This document shows, in pieces, positions 38,191-50,959 of a stretch of DNA of 64,000 nucleotides. Under the pieces are notes generated by a model. It searched no databases, was not told the origin of the DNA, and saw only the letters and a program-made list of their open reading frames with translations. Source of the stretch: Mobula hypostoma (Eukaryota); assembly GCF_963921235.1 (NCBI RefSeq), contig NC_086097.1, forward strand, positions 139,564,001 through 139,628,000, written 5' to 3'. The translations under genes were made by a program, and so were the position numbers. Position 1 is the first letter of the stretch; each line of letters starts with the position of its first letter.

Positions 38191-41100
38191 TATTCAATTT
38201 AAACACTTGTCATGAATATCCATAGTAATGTTTTGTTCAACATCTTAAATTTCATACTGTTATTTAAGGACAACTTGGCTTTCAATATTTTTTTCAGAAG
38301 GCCACTGAAAACAAGCTTAAATTTTTAAGATTACAATGAGTGGAATATTGTTCCAATAGTACCAATTTCTCATGGTACGATAAGATTTCAATGTTAGTTA
38401 AGACTTTGCTAGCTTTTTTAAAAAACGGCAGAAAGGGGAATCAACTCCTCAATTAAGATCCACATTTCACTTGGCGACTCTTGCCTCACCCCTCCCCCTG
38501 CCTCTTCATACTGGCCATCTTTCCTCTAATTTTTCAGGGCAGATGAAATGACTTGTTCTAAAATGTAAATTGTCTATTTCTCTACACAGGTGCTGCCTGT
38601 CCTGCTGAGTTCCTCTAGCAACTTGTTTTTTATTTCAGTCTATAGCACAATATTCATGTGGCTAGTCCATTTAAGCTTCTATTAAACCGGTTTATTTTCA
38701 GCAGAGTTACAAATGGAATTGAACATTGTGCCATCATAGATCTTCCCGCTGCCATTCAGTATTTGTGGATAGTTCCCCCCAGTTCACTCTTTCGTCTCTA
38801 CCAATGTTCACAATCCTTTTCACCCACCTAACACATGCAATTCTATCTCCCATGCCACTTTTCAGACACTAACACAACTTCTAGGCAACACAGTAACTTT
38901 CTGTTTATTACATGGTATTCAGTCTTCATACTGTGAAATCTAATTCTACAGAGTGACAACTCAGAGGTTCTAATTGCTGATCTCCATTTCCGGCCTCCTG
39001 CACTGATCCAACAGTATAACAGCACAACAGAAACCTACAGAATAAATTTACCAATTCAGTATATGACAGACTTAATATTAAGTGCACCAATTACAGATAT
39101 CAGCCATTCACCTTACATTTCACATTCCTAGCATCTAGTTTCCCTCCCTCACCTACACCCCCCCAACCTCAGATTTTATTCATCTGGGAATGACACCTTC
39201 CTCAAACATAGCTTTTACCCTTCATAAGCATTTAACTCTGTCTGTCATCACTCACCTCACCAAGTTGCTGTCTTCCTAGTTTCACTCCACTGTTTTTTGT
39301 CAGTTTTGAATTAAATTTTAACTTTACCCAGATCTAATAAAAAGATAACCACCTGAAAAATAAATAATTTCTCACTCCACAGATACTACACGAGCAGTCT
39401 CCGCGTTTGCAGTGCTTTGTTTCTGGATTACTGGCAAATGCTTTTATTATAGTGTCAAAAGACACCTTCCATGTTACTCATAATTTTGAGTAGATCATTT
39501 GGATGGGAGTTAACCATAACTGGACCTCTCCTGCTTCTTATGTACATGATGTAAATATTATTAGCTATTATAACTGCACAGCAATAGCTAAGCTAGAAAC
39601 AGAGCTAAATCTTCAGCAAAAATGCCAACTGGTCCCATGATCTTTTCTGTATCTTGCGCTCTCAACGACTGTTTGATATCAGATGCAGTTAGTTGATTGG
39701 ATTAGACTGGCAGCTGTGACAAGGTCATTGGGAGAAAAAGCAATAGATAATCCACTTGTAACTTCCAGATAAAGATGGATGAAAATGCGTTAGCCTCATC
39801 TTTGGCAGATAGGGATATCCCTGGAATTGCCAAGTTCAATTAAATGTAATATGTCAAGCGACAAATTAAATTTCAAGAAGTTCAGTTGAACATAATGGAG
39901 AGCCAGGAACAAAGTACTTGGAAACAGTAATGATCAGGATTGGTTAAGATGATTTTGAACTAATTGTACTGATACATTGTACTGCGAAATTAGCACATTT
40001 GCTATCAGTAGCCCTTTCTACAAGTGCAAATAAAACTCCCTTTTAAACTACAAAACAGAGGGCTAACCTACACTCCAGTCACTCTTTAATTCTACTCCAA
40101 GCTTGGCTATGCTTGGTAAGTACAAGATTAGTTTGAGGAACAGCACTCAGTTTACAAACATTCACATACTATACTTCCTGGGTAAATGTTGGCTTCAGCA
40201 ATTTCTAGCTAATAATAATTCTAGCTTAATTCTGAGTGGCATTTTCAAAGCGCCATTTTGTTCCTAATCCCAAATTGATGACCTGCATGGCCTGTTTTAC
40301 ATTTCATTTTCCCAGCCTTTCTTCCCATCTGTGAGATGGTGTTGTGCTGTCTCATTCTCCACCACTTCCATTTCTGGTGAATAAAAACACAACTGTTTCT
40401 CACTGCACAGATGCTACCTGACTTGCACAGTTCAAGCATTTTTTGTTCTTATAAGACCATTAAAAAAACAGTAGCAGAATTAGGCCATTGGCCTATTGAG
40501 TCTGCCGTTTAAAAAAAACACTGAGCAACTCAATCAATTATTAATGCACAACTGAAACAGAATCAGGCAAAATATAACCTACCCTCTCAAACTGAACCTG
40601 TGAATGGATCCATAATCCACTCAAGAACCATTTAACATCTATTGTTCAAACAGGAAATATCCATGTTGTTTTGTTCAGCTTTAGCTACTTAACATCTGAG
40701 ATGTGACATTTGACAATCTAAAAATGCAGGAAGTTTCTCCACCCAGAATACTGAAATCAGTGCCAAAGGAAATATATCAGAACCATTGTGCATTAGGGAA
40801 AAGTTAGCATCAGATTCTTAATGAATCTGAATTTTTTAAAAAATCAAGAATTACATTGGGCTTTACCTAAATATTTATAAAACATGTAATTTTGATTTCA
40901 TCTTTGCAAAATAAAGGATATGACCAATATGATATAATATTACTTTGCTTTAGAGTTTGCCCTTCAAAAGTTTACATTTGGAATGTGGATGGCTGCTTTA
41001 AAATAACACTAAGTGACCATGCTCAGGTATCTGAGAGCATCGGAAAAATCAGATCTAACACACACAAGATGCTGGAGGAACTCAGAAGGTTAAGCAGAAA

Positions 41101-41492
41101 CTATGGAGGGGAATGAACAGTCGATGTTTTGGACCAAAACACTTCAAGATTTCATTGGAATTTGAGGTGATGAAAGTGAATGCAGCCACAAGAACAAAAA
41201 TGATGCAGTTTCTAGTTTCTTTTAGTTTTTTTCCCTTGTGACCCTAGCTACAAGTGCATCAAATATGATGCAGACTCATTTATTTAGCCTGCTCTCATAT
41301 CTTTAACAATTTCCTTCATTCGTCAATTTAATCCAATCTCAAGTTTCTGATTTCATAATCCAACTCCAAATCAGAATCCCTTCCAGGTATCTTATACTAT
41401 CTTACTCTCCCCACAATTGCTACAGACAGTCTGCTATCTAGATAGCCTCATCCTTTCTTAACTTAAAGCAATTACATTCACAGCTTTAGTAC

Positions 41493-41529
41493 CAGATAGT
41501 TAGACAGATAGATAGATAGATAGATAGAT
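41493..41529. repeat. (GATA)n microsatellite
   Basis: Read directly from the sequence. Confidence 0.9.
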
Positions 41530-41534
41530 CAGTT

Positions 41535-42150
41535 GGTTGAGTGATGCCACAACAAGTTTGCTCTCAACATCAACAGGACCACAAAATTTATTGTGGACTG
41601 CAGGAAGGGGAAGTCAGGAGAACTTATTGAAGGCTCAGCAGCTTGAAGTTCCTCAGTGACAACATCTCAGGGAATCTGTCCTGGGCCTAACACATTAATG
41701 CAATATCCGGGTAGCATTCAAGCAGATCTTTGCTCAGATTTTGAAGAGGTTTTGCACACAACCAAAGACCCTCGTAAATTTCTACAGTTGTATGGTGGAC
41801 AGCATTCTGACTGGTTGCATCACAGCCTGGTTTGGGGCTTCCAATGCAAAGGATCACAAAAGGCTGCAGAGGGTTGCTGCTCATGAACTCCATCATGGGC
41901 ACAAGCGTCTCCACCATCGAGAACATCTTTAAGAGGTGTTGCCTCAAGAAAACAACATCCATCATTAAGTATCCTTACCATGCTGACAACACCACCTTCT
42001 CCTTCCAATCATTCGGGAGTTGGCACAGGAGCCTGAAGACACACACTCCGTGTTTCAGAACAGTTTCATATCTAGAGGATTTTTTGTCTTTAAACTGTAT
42101 TGCTGCTGTACAACAAATTTCCACATCATATCAGATTGTGATAATAAACC
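41535..42150 (+). mobile_element. Rex1/Babar LINE fragment
   Basis: ORF KTLVNFYSCMVDSILTGCITAWFG. Confidence 0.85.
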
Positions 42151-42859
42151 TCGTTCTCAACTGAGCAAAGCCCAGTATTCAATTAGATTTTTCTCATCTA
42201 CTTTTCTCATAACACACAGCTTTCCCAGACAAAGTGCCTCCTACAATCTGCCTGGCATTGCTAGTCAAATAGATAGAACCTGACCACATCATTTTAACTG
42301 GAAGTGCAGCAGGGATTCAAGGACCAATCAGATCACAAACTATGTTCAAGTATTTGTCATGCACCCAAAATCAAAAATGTTAGCGATAAACTAGAGCTTA
42401 GTTTATGAAATGCACATTTCTCACTCTCCCCAAATTAATGCCCAAATGGAATGTTACAAACTAAAATCAGTTGATAAGGATCTGTGACACATGGATCGAG
42501 ATAAGACATTGCTCAGTTCTGTCTCAAAATATCTCATGCTGGTCAGGGTTTTCTAAAGCTGCCAGCTTTGCCCCTCAACTCTAGCAGGAAAATGCTGCCC
42601 TTAGACTGTTGATATTATACTTTTAAAAGCTTCTCGATTGCCAGTCATCCCTTTGTCCGCAAAAAGTCCCTGCAGGACACCACAAAATTGGGCCTATCCC
42701 AGTTTAGGACTTAACCTATGGACCTCTCTTACCTTTCTCCATAACTATTTAAAAACTAACAGAATTATGGTCACTGGTCCCCAAGTTCTCCCAGACAAAC
42801 ATTTCAGTCACTTGTCCTACCTCATTCCCCAAGAGGTCATTCGAAAAATAGTCTTGCAA

Positions 42860-44500
42860 ACAATTCATACAGATCAATTCATTTCCATAGGGCATGGAGG
42901 TTGTACAATGGAAAATAATAACAGAGTGCAGAATAAAGTTTTATGGTACAAGAGAAAATGAAGTGCAGGTAGTCAGTAAGTGCAAGAACACAACAAGGTA
43001 GAATGTGAGGTCAAGAGACCACCTTGTCATACTGGGAAACATTCAATTGACTTATAACAGCAAGACAGTAGCTGTCCCTGAACCTAGTGATACATGCTTT
43101 AAGGCTTTAGTACTTCCTACCTAATGGTAGGGGAGAAGAAAGAGAATGCGCAGGGTGGGTGAGGTCTTTGATTATGCTGGTTGCTTTACTGAGGCAGTGA
43201 GAAGTATAGACAGGGTCCATGGAGGGGAGCCTAATGCTGTTATATGCTCAGCTGTGTCAAGAACTCTGCAGTTTCTTGCAGTCATGGGCAGAGCAGTACC
43301 AAGCTGTGATGCCTCCTGATCAAATACTTTCTATAGTGTATTTATAAAAATTGAGATTAAAAAAAAAATGCGGAACTGGAGCCAAATTTGTAAAGAATAC
43401 TTAATCACAGGATATAGGTTTAAATTAACAACTTTACCTAATTGCATAGGTAAAGGAGCTCCCAATAACGAGGTTAAATAAAACTATTTTACAACTTTCA
43501 GTTCCAGGTCTACCCAAATTGGCTGATCACTCTTATCAACCCAGTATAACCAAAAAGACATATATCGCAGATTAACAGCCCAATAATACATTCTAAAATT
43601 AAAGATTATCTAAGATTAAACAGGATTGGGAAAAGGAACTTAATTTGACTTTTACGACAGAGGATTGGATGCGGACATTGAAGTTGGTTAACTCTTCTTC
43701 AATTTGTGCTAGCCATTCATTGATTCAATTTAAAACTGTACATCGTTATCATTTGACGAAGGAGAGACTTTGTAAAATCTTTCCTAATGTTGATAGTCAT
43801 TGTGATAGATGTAAAACTGAGATAGCTACACTGACACATATGTTTTGGTCTTGTTCTATATTGGAACAGTTCTGGAAGTCGGTTTTCTCAACAATTCTAA
43901 AGCACTTAAAATTAATTTACAACCTAATAAATTAACTGTGCTTTTTGGGATAGTTCCTCAAAATATTCATGGTATTTCTGTGTCTGACCAACATGTTATT
44001 GCATTTGTTACATTGATAGCTAGGAGGGCCATTTTGTTGAAGTGGAAGGATACATAAAAATTGAGGGTGAAAGTGGACATGCTAAATTTCTTTACTGAGC
44101 AAGTGGAGGTGACAGTGAGTTTCCTTGGTTGTGGCATCCATATGACTGGACCAGAATAGACTATTGGTGATGTTCACTCAGAAACTCTCAACCCTCAAAC
44201 TCAACACCAACCCCATCCTGAAGTCAATGATGAGCTCTTTTGTTTTGCTGACACTGACAGAAAGTGTATTGTCACGACACCTTATCACCAGGCTCTCCAT
44301 CTCCTTCAACATATTATTTGAGATATTGTCTTCTATACTGGTAATATCAGCAAACTTGTAAATGGAATTAGAGCAGAATCTGTCTACATAGTCACGACTA
44401 TACAGGGAGTAAAGTTGGGTGCTGAGGACACAGCTTTATTGAGGGCCAGTGTTGAGAATAATTGTGGTGGAGACATTGCTGCCTATCCTCACCAATTAGT
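42860..44500 (-). mobile_element. Rex1/Babar LINE fragment interrupted by an L1 piece
   Basis: Rex1-type sequence lies on both sides of the 43356-44053 insertion (atcagcaaacttgtaaat = YKFAD on the minus strand). Confidence 0.65.
43356..44053 (+). mobile_element. L1-clade ORF2 fragment with 5' inversion, 12-bp TSD and no poly(A)
   Basis: The plus part encodes KQDWEKEL...IQFKTVHR...CDRC...HMFWSC (CCHC). The minus part (43356-~43600) encodes FRMYYWAVNLR...IWLQFRIFF. TSD ataaaaattgag at 43344-43355 and 44054-44065. Confidence 0.85.
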
Positions 44501-45074
44501 GCCTTTCTTAGTGACTAACAATACTTTCTTGGGCATATTTAACAAATTTCACACTGGCCAAGCCTTTTGCAGCTATGAATAATCCAGTAAATATCAGGGA
44601 AGTTAAAATTTCCCATTAATAATATTCTATCTGTAATCTCTCTCTATACACCTGCTCCTCTAATTCCCACTGACTATTGGGGTGGGGGGGGGGGGGAGGA
44701 CTGTTACAACATAGTCCCATCAAGCCGAATATCCCCTGGTTTCTAATCTTATCCATATGGTCTCTCTGGATAAGAGATTTCACAGGCATACTGTAGTATA
44801 TAGACATGTTAGTAGTATCATGGTCAATCACCCCATAAATTGGAAATCATCCAATTTCAAACTGTAAGCAGTATTATGATTTCACTCACAATGCTAGTTA
44901 CAGCCAAGCAATTATCAATAACTTAGCAACTACCATATAGATTACCTTTACATAAATGTTCCACAGAGCACAGAAAACTATTCTAATGTTAAGTTCCCAT
45001 GTAATAAAGTCATTGCCCCACCTCAAAGATTTAAGACAAACGTGCCAAACAGAACAGACATCATTTATAAATTC

Positions 45075-45695
45075 AAGAAACTAAAGAAATTTGGCCTGTC
45101 CCCTAAAACCCTCACTAATTTTTATAGATACATCATAGAAAGCATTCTTCTAGGGTGCATCACAACCTGGTATGAAAGTTGTCCTGTCCAAGACCGAAAG
45201 AAGCTGCAGAAGATTGTGAACACGGCGCAGCACATCACACAAACCAATCTTCCGTCCTTGGACTCACTTTACACCGCACGCTGTCGGAGCAGTGCTGCCA
45301 GGATAATCAAGGACACGACCCACCGAGCCAACATACTTTTCGTCCCTCTTCCCTCCAGGAGAAGGCTCAGGAGCTTGAAGACTCGTACGGCCAGATTTGG
45401 GAAAAGCTTCTTTCCAACTGTGATAAGGCTGCAGAACGGATCCTGACCCGGCTCTGGGCCGTACCCTCCAAATATCCGGACCTGCCTCTCGTTTTTTTTT
45501 TTGCGCTACCTTGCTTTCCATTTTTCTATTTTCTATTTATGATTTATAATTTAAATTTTTAATATTTACTAATTTTTACCATTTTTAATTATTTAACATT
45601 TGTAATCCAGGGAGCAGGAAGTGCAGAATCAAATATCGCTGTGATGATTGTACGTTCTAGTATGAATTGTTGGCGACAATAAAGTATAACGTATA
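45075..45695 (+). mobile_element. Young Rex1/Babar LINE 3' end
   Basis: Uninterrupted ORF (TLTNFYRYIIESILLGCITTWY...SFFPTVIRL) with CpGs retained and the tail caataaagtata. Confidence 0.9.
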
Positions 45696-46289
45696 GTTAA
45701 ACGAATGTGGCTACCCTGTCTGACCCAAACCCCTTTTCTCAGATATTACACCATTATAATTATCCACTGCAGTTAACTTTCAAAGTCAAATCAATATCCC
45801 ACAAAATTAATTTCAGCCTGAGATATTCTGAATGTTCCAATAGTGCCAAGTTTGCAGTGGTGTAATACAGCTCAAAAACAGGCCTCCTTGCACCCAGCTG
45901 ATCTCTGCCAGTGTTTGTGCTACACAAAAAGACTAAATGCTAGAAACTGGAAAAAAAAAATGCTGTAAACACTCAAAGTCAGACAAACTTTGTGTAAACG
46001 GAAATGTCTCAGGTTCAAGATCCTTCATCAGAAGTGTTTCTAACATTCTGTTCCTTCCTCCACTCACTTTTTAAACCCCTTTCAAAACATCTTTGTGTCC
46101 TTTCTCATATCAACTTGAAATTAGAAACTTTAGACTGATTTAAATAATGTAAAGCAAAACAGAAAAATAGGAAGACAAAGGCAGATTAAAAATAATTCAA
46201 GTGCTTTGAATTTAAGAGGCAAAATGGAAAATATATCATGAGCTTCATCAAAATTATATGGCATGAGAGAGTGAGGTCTATGCCCATTG

Positions 46290-46540
46290 GACAGAGCATA
46301 GTAAGTAACTTGACACTATGACAGCTCAGTCACCGTTCTGGATGGAGTCTCTGTACGTTCTCCCCATGGAATGTGTGGGATTTCTCACGTCCTCCAGTTT
46401 TCTCCAAAGATGTACCAGATAGGTTAGTTGGTCACTAAATTGTCCCGTGATTAGGTTAGGGTTAGTTGGGTTTGTTGGGAGTTGCTAGGTTGGCATGGGG
46501 CCAGAAGGGCCAACTCCTCAGTGAATTGCTAAATAAATAT
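46290..46540 (+). mobile_element. V-SINE (HE1-like), decayed
   Basis: tgtacgttctcccc...tccaaagatgtacc...aaattgtcccgtgattagg core, as in 57943-58212. Confidence 0.65.
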
Positions 46541-47117
46541 GAAGTTCTCTTTAATCATGTCTCTTTTCAGGATCATAATATCCAGTTTAATGGAATTATT
46601 TCCTTTCTTTTAGCAGAGTCATCACAAATATCTAACACCGTCTATCACTAGGAATGATCCAACTTGAACCGTTTATACTCCTGGAGTTCAACGGTTTTGC
46701 TGATCTGAAAAGTACATTTGTTTGATTACTATCTTGCTTCAAATAGAATGGGGTTCCAATGACTCAGTTGTCAATAAATTTTCACCTTTAGCCACAAGGT
46801 ACATCTCCTGTAGGCACTATTCAAGTGACAGGATAAATTTATCTCTTCATAGAGGTTTCAAAAAGGAATCTATCCTCAGTCAACAACCAAACATGGATAA
46901 CCGACTTACTTCCTTTAATTCACAGGGATGTGAGCAGAACACTCTTAGCTAAAATTCATTTGTTGGGGAAATAAGCCTGAGATATTCAAGTATATGATTC
47001 AGGATTACATACTGCATATACTCCTCAACCTTTCCACCAGTTTCTCTTCAACAAGGTCTCTAATAACAAAATGACAATTAAATGATTTCCATTTTCAATA
47101 TATTTTAAATTACTTAC

Positions 47118-47220
47118 CCACAACCATCAATGTGAATTCAAATCCTCTCTTCACAGACTTTCTGTACACTTGATTAGGTAGGTTTGCAAACCCCACATAT
47201 CCTTCAAGATTCTTTTGTTG
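47118..47220 (-). CDS. SEPTIN7: Septin 7, exon 3 ([34 protein letters not shown]+G)
   Basis: 103 nt with acceptor ttatgttatag| and donor |gtaagt. The translation matches the SEPT7 polybasic region leading into the P-loop. Confidence 0.97.
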
Positions 47221-47412
47221 CTATAACATAATTTAAAAAATTAGTTTCTACAGCAGAAACAATTAATATAACACTGACATCAAAACAAACTCAGGAGTAG
47301 AGAGCCAAAACTTAAAATGACAATTCACATACAACACGCTGTGTCAAGAAAGCCAGACAACTTCGCATCGAGTATAGTTGGAAAAAAGAAAGGTCAGGTT
47401 TCAAATACTTAC

Positions 47413-47414
47413 CG
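47413..47414 (-). CDS. SEPTIN7: Septin 7, candidate 2-nt microexon (exon 2, CG)
   Basis: Minus strand reads tttacaacag|CG|gtaagtat. It joins exon 1 (phase 1) to exon 3 (phase 0) as ATG G|CG|CAA CAA = M-A-Q-Q. There is no AG for ~133 nt upstream, and a CCTAAC branch motif plus pyrimidine tract sits at 47528-47549. Confidence 0.75.
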
Positions 47415-47549
47415 CTGTTGTAAACCCATAGGTCCAGAGTCCAGAGATGGTCATGAAACATCCATGTGGCACAGCAAGGATTGGAAATAAGATGCAGTAT
47501 AATAACCAGCATCATCACCAACAGCATGAAACAAAAAGAAAATGTTAGG
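47415..47549 (-). promoter_or_regulatory. Distant branch point, polypyrimidine tract and AG-exclusion zone upstream of the microexon
   Basis: Minus strand CCTAAC (47544-47549) is followed by attttctttttgtttc. There is no AG between 47550 and the acceptor AG at 47415-47416. Confidence 0.65.
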
Positions 47550-47609
47550 CTTCAAATATAACTACTGTACATCACTTACTCTATATTTAAACATATCAAA
47601 ATCACTCAT

Positions 47610-48155
47610 ACATTTCAAATGTCTGGAAGTTATGTTGGAACTTTATAAAACTCTAGTTAAGCCCCACCTGGAGTACTGCATACAGTTCTAGTCACCCCAT
47701 TATAGAAAAGGTGTTGAGGCTTTGGAGACAGTGCAGAAGATTCACCAGGATGCTGACTGGATCAGAGGGGGTTTACTCTGGAGCGTCAGAGGCTGAGGGG
47801 GGAGATCTGATAGAGCTTTATAAGATTATGAAATGCATAGATAGAGCAGACAGACAGTATATTTTTCCCCAAGGTTGAAATATCTAATACCAGAGGGCAT
47901 TCATTTAAGGTGAGAGGAAGTAATTTCAAAGGAGATGGGAGGAGCAAGTCCCTCCCCACCCCCACAGAATGGTGGGTGCCTTGAATGCACTGCCTGGGGT
48001 GGTGGTAGAGGCAGATACATTAGGGGCTTTTAAGAGACATTTAGATAGGCACATGAATGTAAGGAAAATGGAGAGATATGAAGAGATTAGTTGATCACTT
48101 GATTACTAATTTAATTGATTCAAAGCGCCTGTTTCTGTGCTGTACTGTTCTATGT
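47610..48155 (+). mobile_element. CR1 LINE 3' fragment
   Basis: LELYKTLVKPHLEYCIQF and TRGHSFKVRG motifs, plus the tail ctgtactgttctatgtt. Confidence 0.85.
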
Positions 48156-48534
48156 TTCAAAACGACAGTAATTTATATAAATTTTAAAATGAATTCTCTT
48201 ACTCCTCATAATAATTCACAACACAATCCAGTTCAAATTAATGAAAGTCAGTCCTACCCCTCATCTGCAATACAGCAAGATTTAACAAAAAGAGTAACCT
48301 GAATTTTCATTCTAGAAGGGACCTTTTAGCTCTGGATTTGGATGAAATCATTCACCGGAACAGCTGTACATGACTGGCATTTTGCAGACTACCTGCTCAT
48401 AACTTCTTAATCTTACACTTCCCTAACATTCCACCTTGAATTTCTTGAGCTAATATGTTAGTCATTCTATTCTGGAATGAACCTGGAACCACAACAGCAA
48501 GAAAAGGTTTTAGCCAACACTATGGACCTTTAAG

Positions 48535-48797
48535 CCGGCTGGTGGCGCAGTGACATCAGCGCCGGACTCCGGAGCGAAGGTTCCCGAGTTAGAATCCAGT
48601 CGGGCCGCTCCCAGGCATGCTTTCCATCTGTGCCAGGTTGAGTGTCGAGCTCGCAACATGGCTTCATAAAAAAAAAATCTGCGCTGTGAAAAGTACGTGG
48701 GGGACCACTCACAAATCTTTCCTCCAAGACAACCACTTGAAAAAGTGGTCGCCAAGGCTCTGGTACTCTGGTAGAGTATGGCACACCAAAAAAAAAA
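48535..48797 (+). mobile_element. Young tRNA-derived SINE with A-tail and 11-bp TSD
   Basis: A-box tggcgcagtga, B-box gagttagaatcc, CpG-rich head and A10 tail. TSD ggacctttaag at 48524-48534 and 48798-48808. Confidence 0.85.
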
Positions 48798-48919
48798 GGA
48801 CCTTTAAGGACCAATGTCACACTGGTTCTTTTTAAAATCACCATTTGTTAAGTGCATATACAATGTTAATGTGCATATTTGCTCCATTAGATCCAAGATG
48901 AAGAGCTCCAAAAGTATTA

Positions 48920-49640
48920 AGAATGTAAGAAATAAGAATAGGAGTCAGCCATTCTCTAACTCAAGACCACCATACACTACAATCAAAGTTGAATCAATTT
49001 TCTGTACTCCCCTATAAACAGAAAACTGGAAGTCACAAGCAAAATGCAAGCAGTAGGCCATTCAACATTCAAGCCTACTGTCCTATGCAATACAATTCTG
49101 TTTCATCATCCAAACTTAGATCCTACTTTTGCCTTATAATCCTTGACCACTTTTGCCACAAAATGCAACTTCAACTGCCCTCTGTGGTTGAGATTAAGAT
49201 TTTCGCTCTCCAGTGAATTTCTCATACTACTTAGTTTACTTGGTAGACCGTACTTGGTTTACCCCTTGTCCTTGGGCTATGATGGCCCCTAATGGATCGT
49301 TATCAGAAGTTGCATAGTAAGTTCCAGTATCTAATCGGCCCGGTCTTGTTAGAATTTTGTAGGTTTCTATGAGATCCCCTCGCAGTGTTCTAAACTCCAG
49401 TAAATCAAGCCTAAATGATTCACTTTTTCTTCATACAACTGTGCTACCACCCCAAGGACCGGTCTAGTTAAATTTTGCTGCACTTCCCCAACAGCAAGAG
49501 CATCCTTCCTCTTGGAGACCACAACAAATTTTCACAGTATGACCTCACCAAAGTATTGTACAGTTGCAGTAAGGCAGGCCTAATCCCGTAGCCCCTTCTC
49601 TCACCATGAAGGCCAACATATCATTTAGCTTCTGAACTGC
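48920..49640 (-). mobile_element. Old CR1 3' fragment
   Basis: Reverse strand gives LEFRTLRGDLIETYKIL-like (ggtttctatgagatcccctcgcagtgttctaaactccag) and MLAFM-like segments. Confidence 0.65.
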
Positions 49641-50959
49641 CAGTTTCACCTCCACATGCCACACCATACTTTCTACTTTGTCCAATGGACCACATGGTCA
49701 CCTTCCTTCAAGTGCCATAAACTCCCACTAGTCGCAATATTGACTAAAACTAGTATTCCACACAGCCAGATAATAGTAAGGATAAAACGCCTAAGGAATT
49801 TTTAAAACTCAAACAGAAGTTCCTTAAAAAGAAAGGAAAAGCTCCCCATTCTGAATCACTGCCAATTAGCTAGTTAGCTTCGTGTATACAAATCAAATCC
49901 CACATTGTGAAGCAAATTTCTTCCACTCAGAAGTTTTCTATAATTTGTTACCATACTGCTAACTTTGGCTGACATTTTTATGGACAAAAGGACCTTAGAA
50001 CTGAAGAAATCACCTCATCTGCCAGTTGTTTTTCTCCAATAGGCTAAAATCACTAACATCTAACTGCAACATTCATCTTCTACTATTACAAATATTAATA
50101 CAGATTACCTGAAAAATCTGAATAATTAAGATGCAATACAAGCTGCTGGAAATTTTGACAAATGAATTGAGTCAGAAAGTTGAAGACTAATGAAATAAAT
50201 ATAAAAAATGAACCAAACTGATCCAATCAATTATTTCCCTTGGTCTATTCAATTTCCTTAAAATACAAAATTTCATAAATTTCAATTCAAGGTTACTTAA
50301 GGTAGGAGAAAGGCAGATGAATATTTGAAGATGTTTTTGAGGCTACATGTTCCAATTAGAAGCTAAATTTTCCATCAATGTAAGCTTTTCATTTGTTCAA
50401 ATGTATTTATAATATATACATTGAAACATGGAGAAATGCATCATCTGCATTAACTAGCACACCCGAGGATGTGCTGGGCCAGATCAGAAGAGTGGCCACA
50501 CATTACGGCACCAACATTGCATTTATTGACAAGGTTTAGCAAAAATTAGATGATTCAACCAAAATCTTGTTTGAACTACAGAAGCTGAAAGCTTACAGCA
50601 GGGAAAGGCAACAATAAATCGTTGTTAGCACTAGAACAAACTTGAATCTAATGTATATGACGACAAACTTCCACAATTCACAAATTCGATATGCTTCTTT
50701 AACTCTTCAGTTTATTGCTGGTTCATGATTTTGATGGGCCACATGGATTAAACACAGGAAAAGAAACTGGTACTGTCCATGTGTTAATTGTGACTTTGAA
50801 TGGGCAACGTGTCTCCCAAAAATTACTAAGCTTCTGACTCCAAGCTCATCCTCCTCGCAACCCAGCCATAACATTTCTGTTTTGCCCATCATTCAGTGCA
50901 CTTTCCATTTGATTGGGAGCAGACACTTATCCAAAAGCCAAGGTTTAAGAATCAACAGT

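Noticed and set aside
47312..47527. 71-aa minus ORF over the microexon
   Set aside because: Its frame reaches the donor in phase 1, which is incompatible with exon 3. AG depletion partly explains the lack of stops.
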